Below are positions 41,455 to 52,131 of a DNA stretch of 64,000 nt, in pieces (position 1 is the first letter of the stretch; every line of letters begins with the position of its first letter). Location of the stretch: positions 15,139 through 79,138 of the forward strand of contig CAYXPR010000009.1 of assembly GCA_964467255.1 (NCBI GenBank), read 5' to 3'. Made by a program: the position numbers and the translations under genes. Below the pieces are notes generated by a model. It was not told the origin of the DNA and did not search any database. It saw only the letters and a program-made list of their open reading frames with translations. This DNA comes from an uncultured Rickettsiales bacterium. Lineage in GTDB: Bacteria > Pseudomonadota > Alphaproteobacteria > Rickettsiales > RGZB01.

Positions 41455-43116
41455 CTAACGGAGCGTTTTTTTATCGATTTTGCCAATCAGGGTTTTGGGC
41501 AAAGCGTCGCGGAATTCAAATTCACGCGGCATTTCATACTTGGCCAGGTGATTCAGCAAAAAGCCGCGTAAGACATCTTCGGTTAAGATTTGGCCGGGCC
41601 GCACGACCACGAAAGCCTTCACCGCCTGCCCGTATTTTTTATCATCTACGCCAATCACGGCTACTTCCAGCACGGCAGAATGTTTGTAAATCGCCTCTTC
41701 GATATTGCGCGGATACACATTGAAACCGTGAGTGAGAATCATATCCTTCCGGCGGTCGACGATGAAGAAATATCCGTCTGTATCGTAGTAACCGATATCG
41801 CCTGTACGCAGCACACCGCCCTTTAGCACGGCATCGGTTTCTTTTTTGTTTTTCCAGTAACCTTGCATCACCTGTGGGCCACGCACGCAGAGCTCGCCGA
41901 TTTCATCCACACCGAGGAACTGCCCGCGCTTTTCCATATTCTCAATTAAAATTTCCGTTTGCGGCAGCGGCAGACCGATGCACGCCTTTTGTTTGCCCAC
42001 CAGCGGGTTGGCGGCGACCACGGGCGAGGCTTCGGTCAGCCCGTAGCCCTCAAGCAACATGCAGCCCGCCGCATGTTCAAAACGCTGTTTGATTTCCATC
42101 GGCAGTGGCGCGCCGCCCGAGATGCAGATTTTGAGTGACGTGAGGTTGTAATTTTTTATCGAAGGCTCATTGGCGAGGGCGGCGAAGAGCGACGGCACAC
42201 CCGGCATAAGGGTGGGTTTTTTCTTCGCGATGTCTTTCAGCACGGCCTTGATTTCAAAGCGCGGATGCAAAATGAGTGTGGCACCCAAGAAAAGACCCAT
42301 GTTCATGATGGTCGTCATGGCGAAACAATGGAATAGCGGCAGTACGCCGAGCAGGCGCTCATGTCCTTCTTTTAAGCTGCTGCACCAGAGCACACATTGC
42401 TGCGCGTTGGCGTAGAGATTTTCATGCGTGAGTTCGGCCGCTTTGGGCGTGCCCGTGGTGCCACCGGTATATTGCAGCACGGCAATGTCTTTCGACGGAT
42501 TGATTTTTGCCGGTTCGAATTCTTCGTCATGCGCGCACGCAAGTGCCGACCACTCCACATGCACCGCATCCTTTTTAATACGGGAGAGATTGCGCCCCTT
42601 AAACACACGGAATAAACAGCCCTTCAGGGCAGGAAGTGCTTCAGCAAAGCGCACAGTGACGAGCGTGCTAATCAGCCCTTCATCGGCAATGGCGCGGATT
42701 TTTTCGTAGAGCACTTTGACGTCGAGCGAGATGACAATTTTTGTGCCGGAGTCTTTAATCTGGTGCTGGAGTTCCATTGGCGCGGCGAGCGGGCTTAAAT
42801 TCACCACCGTGCCGCCCGCCTTTAAAATAGCGAAATAGCTGACAACGCTGTGCGGGCAGTTGGGCAGCATGATGCCCACTTTGGTGCCTTTTTTTACGCC
42901 CAGGCGCTTCAAACCCCGCGCCGTGCAATTCACCGCGTCATGCAGTTCCTGATAGGAATAGGTCTTGCCTAAAAAATCGATTGCGGTATGTTCGGGAAAC
43001 TTTGCCGCCGCTTGGTCTAAAATGGCATAGAGCGGCTTGCTGGCGATCGGATGATCCCACTCTACGCCCTTGGGGTACGATGCCAGCCAAGGGTTTTTTT
43101 TATTCGGTTTCTTCAT
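41455..43116 (-). CDS. long-chain fatty acid--CoA ligase (AMP-binding family)
   Basis: 'LQYTGGTTGTPKAAELTHENL', 'GYGLTEASP', 'LRTGDIGYYD' and 'PKTLIGKIDKKTLR'. ORF trimmed to ATG 43116 (MKKPNKKNPWLASYP..). Confidence 0.9.
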   Translation of the reverse strand: MKKPNKKNPWLASYPKGVEWDHPIASKPLYAILDQAAAKFPEHTAIDFLGKTYSYQELHDAVNCTARGLKRLGVKKGTKVGIMLPNCPHSVVSYFAILKAGGTVVNLSPLAAPMELQHQIKDSGTKIVISLDVKVLYEKIRAIADEGLISTLVTVRFAEALPALKGCLFRVFKGRNLSRIKKDAVHVEWSALACAHDEEFEPAKINPSKDIAVLQYTGGTTGTPKAAELTHENLYANAQQCVLWCSSLKEGHERLLGVLPLFHCFAMTTIMNMGLFLGATLILHPRFEIKAVLKDIAKKKPTLMPGVPSLFAALANEPSIKNYNLTSLKICISGGAPLPMEIKQRFEHAAGCMLLEGYGLTEASPVVAANPLVGKQKACIGLPLPQTEILIENMEKRGQFLGVDEIGELCVRGPQVMQGYWKNKKETDAVLKGGVLRTGDIGYYDTDGYFFIVDRRKDMILTHGFNVYPRNIEEAIYKHSAVLEVAVIGVDDKKYGQAVKAFVVVRPGQILTEDVLRGFLLNHLAKYEMPREFEFRDALPKTLIGKIDKKTLR

Positions 43117-43177
43117 CGTCCTCTCTCTCCGTTTAGAGGGCAATGAGAAGTGTAGCATAAGTTGGTAACGCAAAACT

Positions 43178-44194
43178 ATGACGAAAATGCACGAAACAGA
43201 TGTGGTGATTATTGGTGCTGGCCCCGTGGGGCTGTTCGCGATTTTTGAACTCGGCATGGTGAAGTGCCGCGCGCATGTGGTGGACACGCTGGATTTCGTG
43301 GGCGGACAATGCGCCGCGCTCTACCCCGAAAAACCGATTTACGATGTGGCGGGCTTTCCCGCGATTGAAGCCTCGCAGCTGATTCAAAGTTTAGAAGCGC
43401 AGGCGGCGCCGTTTAAGCCGACCTATCATTTGGGTCAGCAGGTGACGGGTGTGGATAAAAAAGCAGACGGCACGTTTGAGGTGACAACATCCAAGAACAC
43501 AAAAATTGCCTGTAAGGCGGTGTTGATTGCAGCAGGCTGCGGCGCGTTCGGCCCGAACCGCCCGCCGCTGGATGGCATTGAAGCCTATGAAGGCGGCGCG
43601 GTGCAATATCTTGTGCGCAGGCGTGAAGATTTTCGCGGCAAGAAAGTGGTGATTGCCGGTGGCGGCGATAGCGCCGTGGACTGGGCGATTTCACTTAGCG
43701 AAGTGGCCGAAAAACTCTATGTGGTGCACCGCCGCCCGAAATTCCGCGCGGCGCCTGAAAGCTGCAGCAAGCTCGACCAGCTGGCAGCCGAAGGCAAAAT
43801 TGAAATGGTGATTCCGTATCAGCTTTCCGGCCTTGAGGGCGATGGCAAAACACTCAAAGCTGTGGAAGTGGCAGACCTTGATGGGGCTAAGAAAAAACTC
43901 CCCGCCGATGTACTGCTGCCCTTCTTTGGTTTGGCGATGGAACTGGGGCCGATTGCGAATTGGGGCCTTAACATTGATGTGAATCATATCGCCGTGAACC
44001 CCGCCACGTGCTCTACGAACGTGCCAGGTATTTTTGCCATCGGCGACATCAACAGTTACGAAGGAAAATTAAAACTAATCGTGTGCGGATTTTCGGAAGC
44101 GGCGATGGCCGCGCATGCGATTTATAAAGTGGTGCACCCCGGTACCGCGCTGCATTTTGAATATTCTACGTCGAAAGGCGTGCAGGGAGCATAA
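43178..44194 (+). CDS. ferredoxin--NADP(+) reductase, thioredoxin-reductase-like type
   Basis: '[14 protein letters not shown]', '[20 protein letters not shown]' and '[13 protein letters not shown]'. 338 aa. Confidence 0.85.
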   Translation: MTKMHETDVVIIGAGPVGLFAIFELGMVKCRAHVVDTLDFVGGQCAALYPEKPIYDVAGFPAIEASQLIQSLEAQAAPFKPTYHLGQQVTGVDKKADGTFEVTTSKNTKIACKAVLIAAGCGAFGPNRPPLDGIEAYEGGAVQYLVRRREDFRGKKVVIAGGGDSAVDWAISLSEVAEKLYVVHRRPKFRAAPESCSKLDQLAAEGKIEMVIPYQLSGLEGDGKTLKAVEVADLDGAKKKLPADVLLPFFGLAMELGPIANWGLNIDVNHIAVNPATCSTNVPGIFAIGDINSYEGKLKLIVCGFSEAAMAAHAIYKVVHPGTALHFEYSTSKGVQGA

Positions 44195-44196
44195 GC

Positions 44197-45066
44197 ATGG
44201 TTGCAACACGCATCGACGGCAAAGCATTTGCAGAAAAACTCCGCGCGGACTTGAAAGCGCAAGTGGCAAAATTGAAAGAAAAAACCGGCAGTGTGCCCGG
44301 CCTTGCCGTGGTGCTGGTGGGCAATGACCCTGCGAGTGAAGTATATGTGGCGAATAAAGGCAAAGCCACGGTGGAAGCCGGTATGAAATCGTTTGAATTT
44401 AAACTGCCCGCCACGGTGACCGAAGCGGAGCTTTTGAAAAAAGTGGATGAGCTGAACCGCGACACAAATGTGCATGGTATTTTGGTGCAATTACCACTGC
44501 CAAAACACATCGATGAACGTAGAATTATCGAAGCGATTGTGCCGGAAAAAGATGTGGATGGTTTCCACCCGATTAACGTGGGCCGACTTTCCACGGGGCA
44601 GCGCAGTTTGGTTTCCTGCACGCCGCTCGGCTGTAGTTTGCTGATTGCCGATGTGCTCGGCAAAGATTTATCGGGCAAGCACGCGGTGGTGATTGGCCGC
44701 TCGAACATTGTGGGCAAACCCATGGCGCAATTGCTGCTGAGTATGAACGCAACGGTGAGCGTGATTCACTCGCGCACGAAAAACCCCGAAGCCCTGTGCA
44801 AGCAGGCGGATATTGTGGTGGCGGCCATCGGCAAGCCGCGCATGATTAATGCGGCGTGGATTAAAGCCGGTGCGGTGGTGATTGATGTGGGCATCAACCG
44901 CATCAGCGAAGACGGCAAAAACAAACTGGTGGGTGATGTGGATTTTGCGGCGGTGGAAAACATCGCCAGCGCCATTACGCCGGTGCCGGGCGGCGTGGGC
45001 CCCATGACGATTGCGTGTTTGCTGAAAAACACCGTGCAGGCCTTTGAAGACGTCATAAAACGCTAG
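44197..45066 (+). CDS. folD: bifunctional methylenetetrahydrofolate dehydrogenase / methenyl-THF cyclohydrolase
   Basis: '[18 protein letters not shown]', '[10 protein letters not shown]', '[14 protein letters not shown]' and '[10 protein letters not shown]'. Confidence 0.95.
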   Translation: MVATRIDGKAFAEKLRADLKAQVAKLKEKTGSVPGLAVVLVGNDPASEVYVANKGKATVEAGMKSFEFKLPATVTEAELLKKVDELNRDTNVHGILVQLPLPKHIDERRIIEAIVPEKDVDGFHPINVGRLSTGQRSLVSCTPLGCSLLIADVLGKDLSGKHAVVIGRSNIVGKPMAQLLLSMNATVSVIHSRTKNPEALCKQADIVVAAIGKPRMINAAWIKAGAVVIDVGINRISEDGKNKLVGDVDFAAVENIASAITPVPGGVGPMTIACLLKNTVQAFEDVIKR

Positions 45067-45070
45067 TCTA

Positions 45071-45086
45071 TTAAGCCTTCTTTAAC
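45071..45086 (+). promoter_or_regulatory. TTAA-N7-TTAAC motif (CtrA-box type) upstream of the acidic orphan
   Basis: The plus-strand reading is TTAA GCCTTCT TTAAC. It begins 5 nt after the folD stop and ends 48 nt before ATG 45135. Confidence 0.45.
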
Positions 45087-45134
45087 CTTTTCGTGGCAGT
45101 CTATACGCTGGAGCATTGTAACCAGCGGAATTCT

Positions 45135-46424
45135 ATGTCACTGAAGGAATTTTCAGCACAGGCGACCTTATATAAAGACGACACTGTTGCGATTGAGCAG
45201 ACGCTGCTGCTGAACGAGCGCGACGACGGCAAGTTGCATGCGCAGCGCATCACCCGCGTGAATGGCGTTGAGGCGTGGAATAACCAAGTGCTGTTCTCGG
45301 TGTTTGAGGCGGGCAAAAGCATGGACGAAGCCATGACCGACATTCAACAGCGCTGGGACGAAGTTGAGCGTGGCGAGCTGCAATTCATGTGCAAAAATGC
45401 AGTGCTATATGGCCGTGTGAAACAGATTGAACCCAGCGCCGATTATATGGCAACGCTGCTAAAAGGCACACTGATTAGTTATTACACCATGCCTGATATG
45501 ATGGCGGTGGAAAACCCCGAATATGACAGCAACGACCGCTATGCACTGGGCGTGCAGTTCCGTAGCTTCCGCCACTCTACAAATATATACCGCAACGATA
45601 ATGGAGATGGTGATGGCGCGGCGCAATTACCCATCACCGACCGGTATGAAAACGCCATGCTGCGCATTGATGGCGCGGCAGAGAATATCATGGAGTTTAT
45701 GAACGCCGATATTTGGGGCGAGTCGATTCATGCGCCCGGCACCACACATGAAGGTTCGTCCTATGATTATGAACTACAGGGCGGCGAAAAAAGAGACATG
45801 TTTGAGGAATACAAAGACCCCGGCGAGCCAGACGTGTCTCGCGTGGTGCCGCTGGAAGACGATGATATTGAAGTGGGGGATGATTTTTTCTCCGGCGGCG
45901 AAGAGGAGTATGATGAAGACAGGGGTAATGAATATGATCTTCCGGAAGTGAATAGCTGGGAACAAGAAGCACAGCGCGAAAATTCGGGCGGTGGTTATGA
46001 AGTGGGTGAACAAACACCTATGATGCGGCTGGTGCCTGAGGTGAGTGACCGCATGTTTGAATTGGTGGAGCAACTGACCAAAGCATGGGTAATGATTGCA
46101 CAGCACCAGCAAAAGGGACATTCCCTTGGCGATGAGCCGCGAGCGGCGATAGTAGAGGCACTCAATGAAGCCATCCGCGAGACGAGGGAGGCAGCTACAA
46201 AGTTTGGCGAAGCGTTGGCAGAGGAAGGAAAAGGCGAATTTGCTCCGCGTCTGAGCCAGCTGGTGGAAGAAGGTTGGCGCAACGAAGGGGGTGTAGAAGT
46301 AAAGGGCCTGCTGAAAGTAGCGGAACAGATGCGCGATATGGTGAAAACCAAACGTGCAGATACCTATATCGCGCAGGGCCGCGAAGGCCCGACCCCCGGC
46401 ACCGGTGATTTGCCGAAGTTTTAA
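45135..46424 (+). CDS. highly acidic hypothetical protein (orphan)
   Basis: ORF 45093..46424. ATG 45135 (MSLKEF..) is preferred because GTG 45093 would lie only 6 nt from the putative promoter motif. The central D/E/G-rich low-complexity tract is 'EDDDIEVGDDFFSGGEEEYDEDRGNEYD'. No motif recognised. Confidence 0.5.
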   Translation: MSLKEFSAQATLYKDDTVAIEQTLLLNERDDGKLHAQRITRVNGVEAWNNQVLFSVFEAGKSMDEAMTDIQQRWDEVERGELQFMCKNAVLYGRVKQIEPSADYMATLLKGTLISYYTMPDMMAVENPEYDSNDRYALGVQFRSFRHSTNIYRNDNGDGDGAAQLPITDRYENAMLRIDGAAENIMEFMNADIWGESIHAPGTTHEGSSYDYELQGGEKRDMFEEYKDPGEPDVSRVVPLEDDDIEVGDDFFSGGEEEYDEDRGNEYDLPEVNSWEQEAQRENSGGGYEVGEQTPMMRLVPEVSDRMFELVEQLTKAWVMIAQHQQKGHSLGDEPRAAIVEALNEAIRETREAATKFGEALAEEGKGEFAPRLSQLVEEGWRNEGGVEVKGLLKVAEQMRDMVKTKRADTYIAQGREGPTPGTGDLPKF

Positions 46425-46496
46425 AACTTTTCCTTGCCGCCTGAAGCGTTATTGCGCATAGTCAGGCCGTTTTAAAGAACCCGATATAAAAACCAC

Positions 46497-47381
46497 ATGA
46501 AAAGCCAAGAATTGCAGGGAATTCTCTGGATGATTGCCGCCTGCTTTGGTGCAGCGGTGATGATGGCGCTTGTGCGCCATATGTCGGAACAATTGCCCGT
46601 GGCACAAGTGGTGTTTTTCCGTAACGTGTTCGCGCTGGTGTGGTTCGTGCCGTGGCTCGTCAAAAATGGTTTTAGCGTGGTGAGAACCACGCGCCCGAAA
46701 TTATTTTTTCTGCGCGGCTTTATCGGGCTTACAGCCATGCATGGCTGGTTTTATTCGCTTTCCGTGATGAAGCTGGCCGATGCCACCGCGCTTTCGTTTA
46801 CCGCGCCGTTATTTTCGACCATTCTTGCCGTGATATTATTCAAAGAGCGCATCGGCGCGCACCGTATCGGCGCGCTCATTCTTGGGTTTATTGGCGCGCT
46901 GGTGGTGCTGCGCCCCGGCTCGGAAGCATTTTCAACCTATGGCGTGCTGATGCTGGGTGTGGCGTTTGCCTGGGCCTGCTCGGGCACGATCATTAAGATT
47001 TTAACGCGCACCGAGTCCCCACAAGTGGTGGTGTTTTACATGGTGCTGATTATGACGCCGCTTTCCATCCCCGGCGCGCTGGCTGTGTGGCAGCCGATTA
47101 CGCTGCATCAGGTGTGGTGGCTGCTGGTGCTGGGCTTTGTGTCAAACGCCTTTCAGCTGATGCTTTCCACCGCCATCAGCAAAACCGAAATGACGGTGAT
47201 TTTACCCTTTGATTTCCTGCGCCTTGTGTTTGTGACGCTGCTGGGGTACCTGTTTTTCGCCGAACTGCCGGACGCATGGACGGTCACCGGCGCCTCAATC
47301 ATTATGGTCAGCGCTGTATATGCCGCCTACCGCGAACGCCGCCACACACGCAAAAATAAGCATAAGCCGCGCCTGCGCTGA
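46497..47381 (+). CDS. DMT-superfamily (EamA-like) transporter
   Basis: 294 aa, about 10 TM helices in two EamA-like halves. Confidence 0.85.
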   Translation: MKSQELQGILWMIAACFGAAVMMALVRHMSEQLPVAQVVFFRNVFALVWFVPWLVKNGFSVVRTTRPKLFFLRGFIGLTAMHGWFYSLSVMKLADATALSFTAPLFSTILAVILFKERIGAHRIGALILGFIGALVVLRPGSEAFSTYGVLMLGVAFAWACSGTIIKILTRTESPQVVVFYMVLIMTPLSIPGALAVWQPITLHQVWWLLVLGFVSNAFQLMLSTAISKTEMTVILPFDFLRLVFVTLLGYLFFAELPDAWTVTGASIIMVSAVYAAYRERRHTRKNKHKPRLR

Positions 47382-47461
47382 GCGGTATTTAGAGGCTCGA
47401 CATTTCTATGCACAGTGGGTATTCTCGCAGGCGTGTGGGTTTAAGCCTTTGAATTGGTATC

Positions 47462-47899
47462 ATGAAGCGCACTATTTTTAATTTCATTTTTGTACTGATG
47501 TCGCTGTGGGTGCTGGCGATGCCTTTTTCTGCGCGCGCGCAGGGCGGTGAGGAAGCACTGGTGCTGGATGCGCCGCCGTTCGTGCTGTGCGAACGTGATG
47601 ATGAATGTGAACCGATTGTCGGTATCTGTGGCGTGTGGGTGGGCGTGAACAGCTCGTTTAAAGACGAAGCGGTGGAAATCCTTTCTGAGCTGAATAATTA
47701 TCGCAACTGCAAACCCGTGCCCTTAAAAAAACCGGAAAAACTCGGTTGTAATGCCGGCCAATGTGATATTCGTCCGGACAAAGAAGGCTGTATGCTGCGC
47801 ACGCCGGATGGCAAATGCGAAATCCGTTGCGATACGCTCACGCCGGAAGGCTTCTGCCAAAAAGGCTGCATGATTGGTGTGGATTGCCAAAAACCCTAA
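47462..47899 (+). CDS. small secreted Cys-rich protein, paralogue of 11701..12042
   Basis: Signal peptide ending SARA. The core 'LCERDDECEPIVGICG ... CKPVP ... GCNAGQC' is shared with the 113-aa protein, followed by an extra Cys-rich C-terminal module. Confidence 0.55.
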   Translation: MKRTIFNFIFVLMSLWVLAMPFSARAQGGEEALVLDAPPFVLCERDDECEPIVGICGVWVGVNSSFKDEAVEILSELNNYRNCKPVPLKKPEKLGCNAGQCDIRPDKEGCMLRTPDGKCEIRCDTLTPEGFCQKGCMIGVDCQKP

Positions 47900-47916
47900 C
47901 CTTGTAAGGGCAGCAC

Positions 47917-48651
47917 ATGCTGGCACGGCGATTTTCCGCAGTTAAATTACAAAGCCTGAATCTGTTATTCCCGCCGCTATGTGCCAGCTGCCATGTGCCT
48001 GTGCAGGATACAAATAATGTCTGTGCGGATTGCTGGAAAGAGCTGCGTTTCATGACGGGGCCTGCCTGTAGTTGTTGTGGTGTGGCGTTGCCAGCAGACA
48101 CACGCGGCAGCATGATCTGCGCACAGTGTATTCGTACACCGCCAGAGTTTGACACCGCACGCGCAGCACTGCAATACGACGATGCCAGCCGCAGAATTAT
48201 CCACGCGTTTAAATATCACGACCGGCAGCATGTGCTACCGCTTCTGACGCGCTGGCTGTTTGCTGCCGGTGAGCCGCTGCTGAAAACGACAGATATGATT
48301 GTGCCTGTGCCGCTATCGCGCCTGCGGCTGTTTGGCCGCATGTTCAACCAGTCGGCATTGCTGGCGCAGGCTTTGAGCAAAAAAACCGGCATTCTGTATG
48401 CGCCGCTGGCGCTGACACGCGCGCGCCACACACCACCGCAGGCCGGCTTAAACCGAGCGGCCCGTCAGAAGAATTTGCAGGGGGCATTCAAGGCGAATAC
48501 CGAAAGCGTGAAAGGCAAACATGTGCTGCTGGTGGATGACGTGATGACCACAGGTGCGACGGCAAATGCGTGTGCCAAAACGCTGAAAAGCGCTGGTGCG
48601 GCATCGGTGAGTGTGCTGGCGATTGCCCGCGTGAATATTGAGGAAGCATAG
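47917..48651 (+). CDS. comF: ComF-family protein (double zinc-ribbon plus phosphoribosyltransferase domain)
   Basis: 'CASCHVPV..CADCW' and 'CSCCG..CAQC' zinc ribbons. PRTase motif 'VLLVDDVMTTGAT'. Confidence 0.85.
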   Translation: MLARRFSAVKLQSLNLLFPPLCASCHVPVQDTNNVCADCWKELRFMTGPACSCCGVALPADTRGSMICAQCIRTPPEFDTARAALQYDDASRRIIHAFKYHDRQHVLPLLTRWLFAAGEPLLKTTDMIVPVPLSRLRLFGRMFNQSALLAQALSKKTGILYAPLALTRARHTPPQAGLNRAARQKNLQGAFKANTESVKGKHVLLVDDVMTTGATANACAKTLKSAGAASVSVLAIARVNIEEA

Positions 48652-48652
48652 G

Positions 48653-49513
48653 ATGAAAAAACGTTCTGCAAAAAAAGCGCCGGCACCAAAAAAACTGATC
48701 GTAGCGTTGGTGCAGCCTGAAAGCGGCAACGACATGAAGAAAAATATTGCGGCGGCAGAGCGCTATGTGCGACAGGCGGCCGCGAAAGGCGCGCAATTGA
48801 TATTGCTGCCGGAAAATGTGGCGCTGATGTGCGGCAACCAAAAAGAGTTGGTGGCGAACGCGCACGAAGAAAAAAACCACCCGGCACTGAAAGCATTTCG
48901 CCAATTAACAAAAGAACTCGGCGTATGGCTGGTGATTGGTTCACTGGGCGTTTACAGCCCCGCCGTGCGCAAATTCTATAACCGCTCTTTCGTGCTGAAC
49001 AATAAAGGCGAGGTGATGGCGCGCTACGACAAAATCCATTTGTTTGATGCGACGCTACCTGGCGGCGAGCGGTATGGTGAATCCGCACGTTACAAACATG
49101 GCGCTCGTGCGGTGGTGGCATACACACCGTGGGGCGGCATCGGGCTTTCGGTATGCTATGACGTGCGCTTTCCGCAGTTATACCGCAGCCTTGCCAAAGC
49201 TGGTGCGGTGATGCTGGCCGTGCCTGCTGCCTTCACGCAGACCACGGGGCAGGCGCACTGGCATATTTTGCTGCGTGCCCGCGCGATTGAAAATGGTTGT
49301 TTTGTATTAGCGCCCGGCATGACGGGGCAGCACCCCGGTGGCCGAAAAACCTTCGGGCACTCGCTGGCGGTGGACCCTTGGGGCCGCGTGCTGGCGGATG
49401 CAAAAGCGAAGAAGGGTATTGTGCTCGCAACGCTTGATTTAAATGAAGTCGGCAAGGTGCGGCAGATGCTGCCCAGCCTGACACATGACCGGCATTTTTT
49501 GCTGCCAGAATAA
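48653..49513 (+). CDS. carbon-nitrogen hydrolase family protein (nitrilase/omega-amidase-like)
   Basis: The catalytic triad contexts are 'LILLPE', 'YDKIHLFD' and 'GLSVCYDVRFPQ'. Start set at ATG 48653 behind AGGAAG. Confidence 0.9.
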   Translation: MKKRSAKKAPAPKKLIVALVQPESGNDMKKNIAAAERYVRQAAAKGAQLILLPENVALMCGNQKELVANAHEEKNHPALKAFRQLTKELGVWLVIGSLGVYSPAVRKFYNRSFVLNNKGEVMARYDKIHLFDATLPGGERYGESARYKHGARAVVAYTPWGGIGLSVCYDVRFPQLYRSLAKAGAVMLAVPAAFTQTTGQAHWHILLRARAIENGCFVLAPGMTGQHPGGRKTFGHSLAVDPWGRVLADAKAKKGIVLATLDLNEVGKVRQMLPSLTHDRHFLLPE

Positions 49514-49520
49514 TTAAAAA

Positions 49521-50210
49521 CTAAACGTCAGAGAAACCGGAATCATCCGGATGGGTGGGTTTTTTTGATAGCAGTGCGGACGGCGCTTCCGGCTTGGCGG
49601 GCTTGGCGCCAAAACCAAAACGACCATCTTTCTGCTTGTCGCGTTTTACATTCACGCGGATGGCTTTTTCAATGTCGCCGCGGATGGCTTCGAGCGAAGG
49701 TGGCAGCACCGTGTCTTTGATGGAATGGGCAAAACCCAAGCGTGAAATAGCATCCATCGGTGCACCAAGGCCATGCGTGAATTTCATTTTTGCAGCAGTG
49801 AAATCGGCACCCACTAAACTCGTCATGTAGAGCTTCGTGTGATATAAATCCGCGCGCGAAAAATCGGCATAGTCGGCGCAGGCATGGTCGAACTGCGTGT
49901 CAGACATCACACAATCCGCGAACACAGTGTGGCGTGCGGTGACACCAGAAAAAATGACGTTCGATACATCAATGCCGCTGAAATCGAGCCCGCTGATATC
50001 CGACCCCGTAAGGTTGATGTAAGGCAGGCCGAAAGCGGCGCTGCTCTCTTTAGAAAAACTGCCATATTTGCGGAAAAGGGCGCGTAATTCAGGATTCGCC
50101 ATGTCGGCTTCGGTAAGGTCTACGCTGGTGAGGTCAATCATGCCGCCAGGGCCGAAATTACTCATGCGCAGGAGAACCTGCTTTGTGGAAAGGTGCGGCC
50201 GGCGGGGCAT
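49521..50210 (-). CDS. pentapeptide-repeat protein
   Basis: Tandem A(D/N)LxX-type repeats: 'GSDISGLDFSGIDVSNVIFSGV' and 'ADFSRADLYHTKLYMTSLVGADFTAAKM'. ORF trimmed to ATG 50210 (MPRRPHL..). Confidence 0.75.
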   Translation of the reverse strand: MPRRPHLSTKQVLLRMSNFGPGGMIDLTSVDLTEADMANPELRALFRKYGSFSKESSAAFGLPYINLTGSDISGLDFSGIDVSNVIFSGVTARHTVFADCVMSDTQFDHACADYADFSRADLYHTKLYMTSLVGADFTAAKMKFTHGLGAPMDAISRLGFAHSIKDTVLPPSLEAIRGDIEKAIRVNVKRDKQKDGRFGFGAKPAKPEAPSALLSKKPTHPDDSGFSDV

Positions 50211-50415
50211 GGTCAAACCTTCATCTCCCAAAAAACACCGCTGTTTCAATGGGCAACGGCTAAGGCTTACTATACCGCGACTTGCCGAAATTGAAAAGAA
50301 CAAGTTCTTTACACCCCGCGAGCGTAGCGGCACAATAGGTGCGACTTTCCGCTATTCCCATGCTAAAATGGGGGTATAAGTTAAGTCCGTGATAGGCAAA
50401 ACGAGCAGGTAGCGA

Positions 50416-52131
50416 ATGGAGCCAATTAACCTACCACCAGTGCAGGCCAACCTGCCGCCGATTAATAGTAATTCCGTGCCCAATGTGCGGCCGAACCCTG
50501 CGCTTGCCAGCTTGCCACCTGATGCGCTGGTGAACGCTACGGTGGTGCGCGCCGATAGCACCAGCGCCGTGCTGCGCACCCCCGCCGGTGAAGTGGCTGT
50601 GCGCACCGAAACGCCATTAAATCCCGGCAGCAGCATTGTGATAAAAATAGTGGTGAACACACTGGCTTCGCAAATCCGCCCGCCGGAAGGGCAGCCGCTA
50701 GCAAATAACCTTGTCCCATCAACCACCTTGTCGCAATTTCAGGCGCAGATTTTAACTGTGGATGGTCGTGCGCCCGTTGGCGTAGGCACCGACAGAGCAT
50801 TGGTAACAGTGACGCAGCCAAACCCACAAACAGGTACGCAGAACAGCACAGCAACAGGCACGCGTGCGGCAGTAGAACAAGGGGCAACGACCCTGAATAT
50901 TTCAAGCGGCACGGTGCTGCGCGCTGTGGTGACGGCGCCTGCGGCCACCGCGCAGCAATACCTGCCACCACCGCAGGTGACGTCGTCTGTACCATTCCTT
51001 GCACATGCGGGGCTGCAGGCCTATCAGGCCGCCACACCGAACACAAACCCAAACGCAGGTCTTGCCAACACGAGCGCAAGCAGCGTGCTGAAAGTGTCGG
51101 ATGTGCTTTCGGTGCATGTGCTGGCGGTGAGGGTCACGCCCGATGCGGCATCTACTAATCCGCAGGGGAGTTTTACCTCGGGCTTTGGTGCGCAATCGCA
51201 AAACCCGCAGCAGCAAGCGGCTACGGCGGCAAAACTTTCTGCGCAGCCCAGCTTTACCGGCACGGTGATTGGCACCGAACGCTCGGGAGAAACGGTGCTT
51301 TCCACCCCGCTCGGCACGATTAAATTGATGCTCGGTGGAGGGCTGCTTTCCAAAGGCACACAGCTGACGCTGGAAGTATTGAACATGGAAGCGCGCGCAG
51401 CGAGCACCGCACCGCTGCCGACCACGCTTGAAGAAGCGAAGGGTTTGCTGGGCAGAGGTGCAACGTCATTGTCGGAAATTGCGGGGCTGCTAGTGCAATC
51501 GCATGGCGCGGAAGGCAAGGAAGCCTTGCAGCAAGCATTGCCAAGTACACAACTGCCGCAGCAATTTGCCTCGCGTCTGTTGTGGTTTTTGGGCGGCGTA
51601 TTTTCCGGCAACGCGGCGGCGTTTGTGGGCCCTGAAGTGCAGCGCATGCTGGAGCAAAGCGGCAAAGGCGAATTGATTGGCCGTTTGCAAAAAGAATTCG
51701 GTCGCCTGAAACAAGCAGGGCAGGAAGGGCTCGGCAATGGCTGGACGGGCATGCTCTTTCCGGTGATGGATGGCGAAAAAATTGATCATGGCGCGATGTT
51801 CACCCGCCGCTTCCGTGAGGAAAATGCTGACGGAAAAACCGAAGACGGCACACGTTTTGTGGTGGATATGCGCATGTCGCAAATGGGGCCGGTGCAGCTG
51901 GATGGTTTATATCGTACGGACGGCGAGGCGAAGAAGTTTGATTTATTCGTGCGCACGAATGCACCGTTGAGCGATGAAGTGCGGACAGAAATTTTTGAAG
52001 TGTTCTCGGCCACCACGGAAGCGACTGGCCTGAATGGTTCGCTGCAATTTCAGGTGATGCGCAAATTTCCGGTGAACCCGCTGGAAATTGAAATGCCAAC
52101 CAGCGCGTCTGATGGTAACATCATCGCATGA
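50416..52131 (+). CDS. FliK-like (flagellar hook-length-control-like) protein
   Basis: 571 aa, Pro/Gln/Thr/Ala-rich. Repeated 'L.A.V......VL.T..G.....T..PL..G..L.L.V' modules, and a C-terminal segment 'TRFVVDMRMSQMGPVQLDGLYRTDGEAKKFDLFVRTN' resembling the Flg_hook domain. Assigned from memory of the family pattern only. Confidence 0.45.
   Translation: MEPINLPPVQANLPPINSNSVPNVRPNPALASLPPDALVNATVVRADSTSAVLRTPAGEVAVRTETPLNPGSSIVIKIVVNTLASQIRPPEGQPLANNLVPSTTLSQFQAQILTVDGRAPVGVGTDRALVTVTQPNPQTGTQNSTATGTRAAVEQGATTLNISSGTVLRAVVTAPAATAQQYLPPPQVTSSVPFLAHAGLQAYQAATPNTNPNAGLANTSASSVLKVSDVLSVHVLAVRVTPDAASTNPQGSFTSGFGAQSQNPQQQAATAAKLSAQPSFTGTVIGTERSGETVLSTPLGTIKLMLGGGLLSKGTQLTLEVLNMEARAASTAPLPTTLEEAKGLLGRGATSLSEIAGLLVQSHGAEGKEALQQALPSTQLPQQFASRLLWFLGGVFSGNAAAFVGPEVQRMLEQSGKGELIGRLQKEFGRLKQAGQEGLGNGWTGMLFPVMDGEKIDHGAMFTRRFREENADGKTEDGTRFVVDMRMSQMGPVQLDGLYRTDGEAKKFDLFVRTNAPLSDEVRTEIFEVFSATTEATGLNGSLQFQVMRKFPVNPLEIEMPTSASDGNIIA

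Noticed and set aside
50260-50300. Sigma-28-like promoter (TAAGGCTT ... GCCGAAAT) upstream of the FliK-like gene.
   Set aside because: The spacer is about 15 nt where about 11 nt is expected, and the -35 element has two mismatches.
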